Shown: positions 38,681-45,867 of the stretch, one piece after another
Position numbering within the stretch: the stretch's first letter is position 1
How the letters are laid out: each line of letters begins with the position of its first letter
Source of the DNA: Candidatus Omnitrophota bacterium
Lineage (GTDB): Bacteria; Omnitrophota; Gorgyraeia; Gygaellales; Profunditerraquicolaceae
DNA length: 64,000 nt
Assembly: GCA_963805065.1 (NCBI GenBank)
Contig: CAWDSS010000010.1
Coordinates: 600,359-664,358, forward strand
Direction of reading: 5' to 3'
The notes under the pieces: model-generated
Told to the model about the DNA's origin: nothing
Seen by the model: the letters and a program-made list of their open reading frames with translations, nothing else
The model's database searches: none
Made by a program: the position numbers and the translations under genes

Positions 38681-40099
38681 TTAGGAATTAGGTTCTGGGT
38701 TCTGGGTTTTAGGTTCTATAACTACTTTCGGTTCTACTTCCACGAACGGCCGAACCCTGACCCAGTCAAAATAAACGCTGCCTGCATTAACCAAGGCAGC
38801 ATCTGCTTTTAAACCGATATAGTCTTGCTCCAAACCGCCCACATCTAAAAATTGTATTTCTGCTTCTTTCTTGTAATTTTCACTGTATCTTTCAAATATA
38901 ATGCCGTCTTCATTTACGATTACCTTATATATATAATAAGTAAGAGGTGTTATGGGCTTACCGATATTTAGCTTGGCTACGCCATTAATGGCAATGGTAT
39001 GCTCTGCTCCGGGATAATTTGAAGAATAAACTATTACTTCGATGGGCAAAGTTTTTTGGTTTGTAACTTTTTCGCGCAGCACTGCCTGAATACTGGCATT
39101 GTCTTGCGCCTTGGCTTTAAATTCCAAAATCCCTTGTTTCATTGTAAAATCGCGCGAAAGAATCAGGCAATCCTTAAGCTGCAATTGGCCGTCTTTTAAA
39201 TTATATTCTTTTTTCAGTCCGGGCAGCACCTGCCATTTTGTCTCATCTAATTTCGCTTGGCTAAAATCATCGAAGAGCGGGAAGACTTTATTGGCATCTA
39301 AATATTCAGGGACAGTCCCCTGCGGGGGCAGCCCCTGTTTATCTCCGCAATAAAGATAAATGGTTATGCCTTCTTTGGGAATCTGGGGTATCTTGACCCA
39401 GCAATTATCATATTGGGTTCTAGGTTCTAGGTTCTTGGTGTTCGCATAATCCCCAGAACCTAGAACCGAAAACCTAGAACCTTCTTCTAAATAGTAGTAC
39501 AGAGGCGTCTGGCCATCTGCAGCAGTAAAATAAACATCCCTTCTATCCAAATTTATTTTCACGGGATAATTAAAGAGCTCCTCATTTGAACCCGCAATAA
39601 AAATCGGCTTATGATATTTAAATTTGTAGATGTCGGGGTTGCGGAAGATTTTTTTTACCCCTGATGAATCTGTAAACCCAAGGGTAATTTTTTTCAAGAT
39701 ACTGCCTTGGGGAATATTGACTTTAAAACACAAGGTATTTCCCGCAATAAATCCGTCAGTCAAAGGTTTTCCATTAATTATTTTTGTGTAAGAAGTGCCT
39801 GCGTTAGCGCTGACTTCCAGAGTAACCTCACCTTCAAAATCGTAAGAGGCAGAAATGGTTTTTATTGTGCCTGCAGTTTGAATAGGCGCAGATTCTATTG
39901 TGGTAGGGCCGGCTAAATTGTATTCAAAAACCATAGGGACAGTCCCCTTCGCTTCGCTCGGGGACAGTCCCTGAGCCTGCGCCTGAAGGGTGAGCCCCGC
40001 GCTTAACACTCCCACAATTAACCCAATAGTATATTTATTCATTTTCTCCTCTTCTTGTATGTCCATATAAAATATACTATTTATCATTGTTAATATCAA
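38681..40099 (-). CDS. Secreted DUF2341/LamG-like protein (paralogous to a module of the giant protein)
   Basis: Signal peptide (IGLIVGVLSAGLTLQAQA). DUF2341-like PLYYYLEE...CWVKIPQIPKEGITIYLYCGD, then a concanavalin-like FDDFSQAKLDETKWQVL... domain. Its stop lies 16 nt before the giant gene start. It contains in-frame heptamer palindrome 39413-39482 and has a heptamer-encoded C-terminus. Confidence 0.6.
   Translation of the reverse strand: MILTMINSIFYMDIQEEEKMNKYTIGLIVGVLSAGLTLQAQAQGLSPSEAKGTVPMVFEYNLAGPTTIESAPIQTAGTIKTISASYDFEGEVTLEVSANAGTSYTKIINGKPLTDGFIAGNTLCFKVNIPQGSILKKITLGFTDSSGVKKIFRNPDIYKFKYHKPIFIAGSNEELFNYPVKINLDRRDVYFTAADGQTPLYYYLEEGSRFSVLGSGDYANTKNLEPRTQYDNCWVKIPQIPKEGITIYLYCGDKQGLPPQGTVPEYLDANKVFPLFDDFSQAKLDETKWQVLPGLKKEYNLKDGQLQLKDCLILSRDFTMKQGILEFKAKAQDNASIQAVLREKVTNQKTLPIEVIVYSSNYPGAEHTIAINGVAKLNIGKPITPLTYYIYKVIVNEDGIIFERYSENYKKEAEIQFLDVGGLEQDYIGLKADAALVNAGSVYFDWVRVRPFVEVEPKVVIEPKTQNPEPNS
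38689..38718. repeat. Heptamer run at the 3' coding end of the DUF2341/LamG gene
   Basis: taggttctgggttctgggttttaggttcta, read as EPKTQNPEPNS-stop. Confidence 0.85.
39413..39482. repeat. Heptamer palindrome inside the DUF2341/LamG gene (in-frame)
   Basis: ttgggttctaggttctaggttcttgg-tgttcgcataatcc-ccagaacctagaaccgaaaacctagaacc, read as SRFSVLGSGDYANTKNLEPRTQ. Confidence 0.9.
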
Positions 40100-40154
40100 T
40101 TATCAACATACCTGATTTTATTGCACAATATACTCGATCTTCCAAGGCTACTCT

Positions 40155-40233
40155 TTGGGTTCTGGGTTCTGGGTTCTGGGCTGTAAATATTGACCGGGTT
40201 TTAGCTAGAACCGAAAACCTAGAACCTAGAACC
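40155..40233. repeat. Heptamer palindrome upstream of the DUF2341/giant-gene operon
   Basis: ttgggttctgggttctgggttctggg-23 nt-ctagaaccgaaaacctagaacctagaacc. Confidence 0.9.
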
Positions 40234-40311
40234 GAATTCAGTATGTACATTGTCAGTTTGGACATTTCTAATCTCCAATTTCGGCAATTTTACGCTCCAT
40301 AGCACCTTCAG

Positions 40312-40755
40312 CTATTCCAATAGAATCTCTAAATCTGCCTTATCCTGTTTACGCCCTGATACCTTTTTGGTCCTTATTAACTCGTTTTTCCCAATAAAAA
40401 ACACCTTTTCTTTCCCGTATTTAGCGACTTTTTTATTCTTCCAAATTTCCTTAAAACTGGCGCCCTCAACAGAGGTTATCAAATCAACCCTTAAGGGTTC
40501 GTAGCCAAGCTGTATAATCTTTCCTTCCAAAGCAAAATCTTCCTTTGCCAATTTGAGGTTTTTAAAGCCGAATTCGGTTAGCGACTTTATGATTTTGTGG
40601 CTATTATCTTTTTTGGCTTCTACTAAGATATCGATATCTTTTGTATACCTGGGCTTGGCGTATAGAGCCAGCGCATATGCGCCAACAATGCAATATTTAA
40701 CCTTGTTCTTATTGAATAATTTTAATAATTCTTCGTAATCCTTTTCTACTTTCAT
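40312..40755 (-). CDS. Nucleotidyltransferase-fold-like small protein
   Basis: 147 aa. YCIVGAYALALYAKPRYTKDIDILV resembles minimal nucleotidyltransferase/DUF-type proteins often paired with a small upstream partner. Family not verified. Confidence 0.4.
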   Translation of the reverse strand: MKVEKDYEELLKLFNKNKVKYCIVGAYALALYAKPRYTKDIDILVEAKKDNSHKIIKSLTEFGFKNLKLAKEDFALEGKIIQLGYEPLRVDLITSVEGASFKEIWKNKKVAKYGKEKVFFIGKNELIRTKKVSGRKQDKADLEILLE

Positions 40756-40912
40756 TTTTATGCCCGCCTTTTATTTTAAGATATATCTCCCGTAAAAACT
40801 GCATTGTTTCTAAGCGCCCCTGCCGCGACATTCCACGGTAATAAACAGTATCAAAATCTTGGGCTTCTTTAAATGATTGGAATTTTTTTATCCAGATTTT
40901 CTTCATTCTCAT
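40709..40912 (-). CDS. Small hypothetical protein, possible partner (antitoxin-like) of the downstream nucleotidyltransferase-like gene
   Basis: 67-aa ORF overlapping the next gene by 47 nt and the RR stop by 4 nt. The pattern FKEAQDFDTVYYRGMSRQGRLETMQFLRE recalls small proteins found upstream of NTase-like genes. Weak. Confidence 0.3.
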   Translation of the reverse strand: MRMKKIWIKKFQSFKEAQDFDTVYYRGMSRQGRLETMQFLREIYLKIKGGHKNESRKGLRRIIKIIQ

Positions 40913-41562
40913 TCTCCCGCGGCATCCACGATTTTGTGCTCTAAAGCATACTTTATCAGGTCGCTGGTCTTATGCAGGTTAAGCTTCTTTAGGATGCTGT
41001 TTTTATAGTTTTCCACAGTCCTGCGGCTTAAAAACAGGGTTTCTGCGATTTCCTTGGCAGTCTTTCCCTCAGCTACCAGCCGCAAAACATCCTGCTCCCG
41101 CTCATTCAAAATTTCACCCTTGGACACCTCTTTTTGCTTGGGCTCCTGCATTATTTCTGTTAAATAATTTGAGATGGAAGCTCCAAAATAAGAATTGCCG
41201 GAAATTACGCGCGACAATGCAGGAATCAACTCTTCCGCTAAATTATCCTTATTTAAATATCCGTTTACTCCGCGGCGCATTGCCTTTAAAACATAGGCTC
41301 CTAATTTATGCACTGTAATCATAATAATTTTTGTTTTATTTGAGGCCCGTTTAACCCGCTCAATAATATCCAGGCCGCTAACCTTGGGCATGGAAATGTC
41401 CAGAAGCAAAATATCCGGCTTCATTTCGCGCACCAATTCCAGCGCCTGCTCTCCGTTTGATGCCTCTGCGCAAACCTGATATTGCGCATGGGGCTTCAGT
41501 ACGCTCTTTATTCCCTCTCTTATGATATCGTGGTCGTCAGCTATTAGAATAGTTATAGGCAT
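40909..41562 (-). CDS. NarL/LuxR-family response regulator
   Basis: REC domain (LIADDHDIIREG, ILLLDISMPKVSG) plus a C-terminal LuxR HTH (LNEREQDVLRLVAEGKTAKEIAETLFLSRRTVENYKNSILKKL). Confidence 0.9.
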   Translation of the reverse strand: MPITILIADDHDIIREGIKSVLKPHAQYQVCAEASNGEQALELVREMKPDILLLDISMPKVSGLDIIERVKRASNKTKIIMITVHKLGAYVLKAMRRGVNGYLNKDNLAEELIPALSRVISGNSYFGASISNYLTEIMQEPKQKEVSKGEILNEREQDVLRLVAEGKTAKEIAETLFLSRRTVENYKNSILKKLNLHKTSDLIKYALEHKIVDAAGE

Positions 41563-41563
41563 A

Positions 41564-41617
41564 TTGGGTTCTAGGTGTTCGACTCTCTATTATTACTTCT
41601 GGGTTCTGGGTTCTTGG
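41564..41617. repeat. Heptamer units (GGTTCT orientation) between the RR start and the four-helix-bundle gene end
   Basis: ttgggttctaggtgttc ... cttctgggttctgggttcttgg. Confidence 0.85.
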
Positions 41618-41805
41618 TAATCATTTACATGTTGCCTGGTTTTTCCTTCTGCAATGTTTGAAGAAATAGAAACAGCGCATCTTCTCATTTGATTAATCAA
41701 GCCGTACATTTCCTCTTTAGGAAAATCTTTGGTAAGTATATAAACTTTTTTAACGAACTCTATGGATTTTTTCCAAACTTCCAAGTCTTTATAGCTTTTT
41801 ATCAC
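41593..41805 (-). CDS. Four-helix-bundle protein (23S rRNA intervening-sequence protein family), truncated
   Basis: SYKDLEVWKKSIEFVKKVYILTKDFPKEEMYGLINQMRRCAVSISSNIAEG matches the N-terminal half of the family. The ORF ends in heptamer-encoded YQEPRTQK, so about half the usual length is missing. GTG start. Confidence 0.55.
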   Translation of the reverse strand: MIKSYKDLEVWKKSIEFVKKVYILTKDFPKEEMYGLINQMRRCAVSISSNIAEGKTRQHVNDYQEPRTQK

Positions 41806-41817
41806 TTCTAATTATCC

Positions 41818-41849
41818 CCCAGAACCTAGAACCTAAAACCTAGAACCTA
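41818..41849. repeat. Heptamer units (AGAACC orientation) between the HK stop and the four-helix-bundle gene start
   Basis: cccagaacctagaacctaaaacctagaaccta; includes the HK stop codon (TAG). Confidence 0.85.
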
Positions 41850-43205
41850 AATAGGCAAATCAACTGTGATTCTGGTTCCTTTACCTAGGGCTGAATCAAT
41901 ATGCATTACTCCGTCCAACAACTCAATCCGCTCTTTTAAGCTCACCAACCCCAGCCTTAATTTATCTTCCTGCCGCCTGCGGGGAATTTTTTTTACCATT
42001 GCTTCATAATCAAACCCTAAGCCGTCATCCTGATAAAAAAATTCCAGCGAATTCTTTTTTTTAGTCAACCGGATTTCCACTGCTTTGGCCTGCGCGTGTT
42101 TTAGCATATTAGTCAGGAGTTCCTGCGCAATGCGGTATAAAACCAAACTATATTCAGGGGGCAGCTGCAATTCCTCTTTGGGTTTTTCATAAATAAAATT
42201 TATATTACTCAATTGCTTATATTCCATAACCAGGGCTTCCAGGCTCTCGGCTAATCCCACCTCATCCAAATCCGGGGGCCTTAAGAGAAATGCGATGTTG
42301 TGGCCTTTTTCAATTAATCCGGAAACTATTTTTTTAATCTGGACTAATTTTTCTTTTAGGTCCTGCGGCAGGTTCATAAGGCCCTGCTCTAATAATCCCA
42401 GGTAAATTTTTAAAGCGCTTAGGTCCTGGCCCATCTGGTCGTGTACCGCCGTAGAAAGGTTTTTGCGCTCTGTTTCTTCCACATTAATCATCTGGTTAAA
42501 CAGGTCTTCGCGGTTTAAACGTTCACTGCCAAGGCGCCTGTAAACCGACTGGGCAATAAGGATTCCAATGATTGTGGCACTAAGCAAAATTAAACACACA
42601 AACAAAATTGCTGCTTTCCTGTCATGGCTAGTTTTCTGCATCTGCCTTTCTACTTCAGAAATATTCGCCTTACCCATGGTGTTGTCCAGGAATTCATCTA
42701 TTTTATACAGCTTGTTTTCAAAGGCCATGAGCAGGCTGTTAATTACAGCCTCTTCCGCCGCGGGCTGCGCTGAATTTGAGAGGTCTATAATTTGTTTACC
42801 CAGGGCACTTAGCTCATTAAAAGAATTGCCTACTTCTCTAGCCCATTCTTTTTGCTGCGCAAGATACGCAAAGTCTTCGTAAACTTTTAATTGCTGACGG
42901 AAACGTTCCCCGGCATCAAGGACATCATTCAAATTAACTGCCATGGGAAGGGCGCCCAGGTATTTCGATATTTTCCAAAACACGTAATTACGTATGCCTA
43001 TGGAATAAATCGTATTGTTTATGCGCATTTCCAAAACCGCTTTTTCCAATTTTAGATTGCGCTTGCCCAGGTCTTCGATTCTATGGCTTAGGCCGCGGAT
43101 TTCCAGGATTCCCGTTATGCCTATTGCAATAATTAAAATAATTAAGACAGTAAATGCTATCTGCAGCTTCCTGTCTTTATGGTCTAACTTTCTGGAGTCA
43201 ATCAT
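41847..43205 (-). CDS. Sensor histidine kinase (HisKA_3/NarX-LiaS type)
   Basis: Two TM segments flank a periplasmic/HAMP-like region. H-box AVHDQMGQDLSALKIYL; HATPase motifs ELLTNMLKHA, DDGLGF, GLVSLKERIELLDG. Confidence 0.85.
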   Translation of the reverse strand: MIDSRKLDHKDRKLQIAFTVLIILIIAIGITGILEIRGLSHRIEDLGKRNLKLEKAVLEMRINNTIYSIGIRNYVFWKISKYLGALPMAVNLNDVLDAGERFRQQLKVYEDFAYLAQQKEWAREVGNSFNELSALGKQIIDLSNSAQPAAEEAVINSLLMAFENKLYKIDEFLDNTMGKANISEVERQMQKTSHDRKAAILFVCLILLSATIIGILIAQSVYRRLGSERLNREDLFNQMINVEETERKNLSTAVHDQMGQDLSALKIYLGLLEQGLMNLPQDLKEKLVQIKKIVSGLIEKGHNIAFLLRPPDLDEVGLAESLEALVMEYKQLSNINFIYEKPKEELQLPPEYSLVLYRIAQELLTNMLKHAQAKAVEIRLTKKKNSLEFFYQDDGLGFDYEAMVKKIPRRRQEDKLRLGLVSLKERIELLDGVMHIDSALGKGTRITVDLPI

Positions 43206-43206
43206 T

Positions 43207-43317
43207 TGGGTTCTAGGCTATGGTTTAGACTTCTGGGTTCTAGGTTCTCGGCTATGGCTTAGACTTCTGGGTTCTAGGTTCTCGTGCTAGAACCTAGAAC
43301 CTAAAACCTAGAACCTA
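43207..43317. repeat. Heptamer/27-mer structured array filling the secretin-HK spacer
   Basis: Two ggctatgg(y)ttagacttctgggttctaggttctcg modules plus a terminal palindrome arm. The array spans from the secretin stop codon to the HK start codon. Confidence 0.9.
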
Positions 43318-45867
43318 TATTTTGTTTTTATTCAGCTCCTCTATGTGCCTTAAGGCTTCCTTCGTCCAGAGGTCAGTCGGCTCGCCCAATTGCACGCGCT
43401 TCTTCCAGTATTCAATTGCCTTAGGCTTGTCGCCCTTTGCCTCATTTAACAAAGCCAGGTTAGAATAAGCTGCACGGCACTTTGGATCGAGGTCCAGGGT
43501 TTTTAAATACATCTTCTCTGCTTCATCAGCCAGGCCTGCGGTTTCCAGGATAATACCTAATTGGTTATATGCGCCGGCAAAAGTAGGGTCTGCGCCGGTA
43601 GCTTTTTGAAAATAATCTTTTGCCTCATTGAGGTTACCTGACTTTTGTAACTCCAGGCCCTTTTGATACAACTCTGCAGCTTTGAACCTGTCGGGAATTT
43701 TAACTTCTAAGGCCTTCTTTTCCTCTTTTATCTTTTTTCCGGCTTCTTCCTGTTCTTGCTTTCTCTGTTCTTCTTGTTTCCTTATCTCTTCTTGCTTCTT
43801 GGCTTCTGCTGCTTTTTTCGCCTCTTGGGCTTTTTTAATTTCTTCTTGCTGCCTGTTGGCTTCCTCGGTTTTCTTGGCTTCTTCCTGTTTTTTAAGCTCC
43901 TGGGCTTTTCTTATTTTTTCCTGCCTCTTAGCCTCTGCTTGTTTTCTTTCTTCCTCTGCCTGCTTTTTAATTCCTTCCTGCTGCGCCTTTTTTTGTGCTT
44001 CCTGCTCTTTCTTTTCTTGCTCCTTTTTGGCATTCTCGGCTTTTACGGCTGTTTCTAATTTTATGGCATCGTCTATTTTTTTAAATTCCGCGGCTTGCCT
44101 TTCTTGCTCTAATTTTTCCGATTCAGCCCGAATCAATTCTTCCTGCATTTTTCTTGCGGGAAACTCTAACGTATCGGCCATTTCCCATTCTCTGGCAATT
44201 TTTCTTTTAACGGTTTCAGGCATTATGTCTTTAGGGATTATTTTTTCCGGCTCATATCCGGGCAGCGTTGTATCGCCTTTTATTAAATGAGGCGTAACAA
44301 AAACAATCAGTTCTGTCCTTTGTTTGCTTTTGTCGCGGTTGCCGAAAAACGAACCTATTACCGGCAACCTGGATAGCCAGGGTAACCCCGTAATCGTATC
44401 CGTGTTTTGCTCCTGGATAAGGCCGGCAATCATAATCATTGTGCCGTCTTTAACCTTAACCACGGTCTCTGCCTGCGAGGTCGAGACAATGGGTATACGG
44501 CTGCCTAAAGAAGTTGTGATAGTTTCTTTTACGGAGCTCACCTCTGGTTTTATCTTCATGCTGATGTAACCATCTTTATTGATAGTGGGAATAATTTTTA
44601 ATTTCACGCCCACATCCACGAATTCAATTGACTCGGAGGTTACCGTAGTTGACTGCGCCTGGCTCAATGTCTGGGTCACATATGCCTCGCGCGTGCCCAC
44701 CATAATGCTTGCCTCTTCGTTATTAACCGCGGCAATCCTGGGCTGGGAGATAATTTTGGTGTCACCGTAGCTTTCCAAAAGCTTTATAACTACATTAAAT
44801 CTATTAGCGGGTACGCTGCCCACTGATATTTGCTGATACGTAGCCAAAGCCGTTGCCACCGGGAAATTTCCCAGGAAGTCTAATCCGGCAAGCCTGCTTT
44901 GACTAAACAGCTGTTCCCAATTAATGCCCCTGCTAAAATCATTACTCAGGGTTACTTCGGCAATTTCAGTTTCTAAAAACACTTCCCGCGTTTCTTCGTC
45001 AATCTCTTTTACCAGGCGGCTTATTTTTTCCATCTTCCTGGGCAGGTCAGATACAATGGCCTTGCCGTTACGCTCATCCACAATGACCTGGCCTGTCCCG
45101 GGAGTTATTGCCGCATTCAGTTGCGTTTTTGCATCAGCCGGCTTAATATAATTAAGATTGAAAACTGTGGTTTGTAACGGCTGGTCGAGTTCTAAAGCAG
45201 TTTTTTCCATGATCTCAATTTTTTCCGGTATGTCGATTAAAATTATTGTGCCGGATGCCTCATCAGCAATAATTTTTCCTATATCTGATTTCAGCTGGGA
45301 AAGCGCATTGAATACGTTTGCAGGCTTTGCGTAAGAAAGCTTGATAACCTTCATCCTCCTTTGTTCTATATAATCTTTGCCGTAGCGGACTTTATACTCC
45401 GCAGCGCTCATAATGTAATATATACCGCCTTGTTTCTCGATGGCGTAGCCTTGGGTGAGCACAATTATATCCAATACGTCTTTTAAGGTAACATTATTAA
45501 GGAATACGGTTATGCGGCCGGTTACATCTTTGCTGGGGACAATGGTTCTTCCTGTCTTTAAAGCAAGTATGCGCAGCAATTCTACTACTTCAATATTTTT
45601 TAAATCCAGGGAAATCTTCTCTTCTTTTTGCAGGGAAGGGGCCCCCTCTGCCAAAGCGCTAATACCAAAGCACAAATGACAAAATAAAATCAAAGCACAA
45701 ATGACAAAACTCAAAGAAAAGGGGACGTTTCTATTTTTCTGCTGATTAGGAGACGTTAAAAATAGAAACGTCCCCTTTTCTTTGGTTGTTGAATTACTTA
45801 GATTAAAGGATTTATTTAGACGTTGGGATTTTGTCATTTGGATTTTTAACTTCAATTTTTTCCTCAC
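43315..45867 (-). CDS. Secretin (GspD/PilQ/MshL family) fused to a Lys/Glu-rich coiled region and C-terminal TPR repeats
   Basis: Secretin C-domain (SQPRIAAVNNEEASIMVGT..., ITGLPWLSRLPVIGSFFG, ELIVFVTPHLI). A Lys/Glu-rich low-complexity stretch lies at roughly nt 43725-44145, followed by TPR repeats (AGAYNQLGIILE..., AAYSNLALLNE...). The start is uncertain because the N-terminal ~50 codons are repeat-derived. Confidence 0.8.
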   Translation of the reverse strand: MRKKLKLKIQMTKSQRLNKSFNLSNSTTKEKGTFLFLTSPNQQKNRNVPFSLSFVICALILFCHLCFGISALAEGAPSLQKEEKISLDLKNIEVVELLRILALKTGRTIVPSKDVTGRITVFLNNVTLKDVLDIIVLTQGYAIEKQGGIYYIMSAAEYKVRYGKDYIEQRRMKVIKLSYAKPANVFNALSQLKSDIGKIIADEASGTIILIDIPEKIEIMEKTALELDQPLQTTVFNLNYIKPADAKTQLNAAITPGTGQVIVDERNGKAIVSDLPRKMEKISRLVKEIDEETREVFLETEIAEVTLSNDFSRGINWEQLFSQSRLAGLDFLGNFPVATALATYQQISVGSVPANRFNVVIKLLESYGDTKIISQPRIAAVNNEEASIMVGTREAYVTQTLSQAQSTTVTSESIEFVDVGVKLKIIPTINKDGYISMKIKPEVSSVKETITTSLGSRIPIVSTSQAETVVKVKDGTMIMIAGLIQEQNTDTITGLPWLSRLPVIGSFFGNRDKSKQRTELIVFVTPHLIKGDTTLPGYEPEKIIPKDIMPETVKRKIAREWEMADTLEFPARKMQEELIRAESEKLEQERQAAEFKKIDDAIKLETAVKAENAKKEQEKKEQEAQKKAQQEGIKKQAEEERKQAEAKRQEKIRKAQELKKQEEAKKTEEANRQQEEIKKAQEAKKAAEAKKQEEIRKQEEQRKQEQEEAGKKIKEEKKALEVKIPDRFKAAELYQKGLELQKSGNLNEAKDYFQKATGADPTFAGAYNQLGIILETAGLADEAEKMYLKTLDLDPKCRAAYSNLALLNEAKGDKPKAIEYWKKRVQLGEPTDLWTKEALRHIEELNKNKI
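45660..45840. mobile_element. Composite MITE-like element (outer inverted repeats plus REP doublet core)
   Basis: The left end has ccaaagcacaaatgacaaa duplicated; the core is the REP doublet. The right flank ctttggttgttgaattacttagattaaaggatttatttagacgttgggattttgtcatttg is ~90% identical to 53113-53175. Confidence 0.65.
45717..45779. repeat. REP doublet
   Basis: Same arms; lies inside the tracked 5' extension of the secretin-TPR ORF. Confidence 0.9.

Noticed and set aside
40077-40302. Two small overlapping ORFs (62 aa minus, 71 aa plus) upstream of the DUF2341 gene
   Set aside because: Both are translations of heptamer palindrome 40155-40233 (VLGSRFSVL / LEPRTE words). There is no other coding signal.
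43682-44290. 202-aa and 100-aa plus-strand ORFs rich in Phe/Leu/Ser/Cys
   Set aside because: They are antisense to the Lys/Glu-rich low-complexity segment of the secretin-TPR gene (AAG/GAA codons read as CTT/TTC), so they are compositional artefacts.
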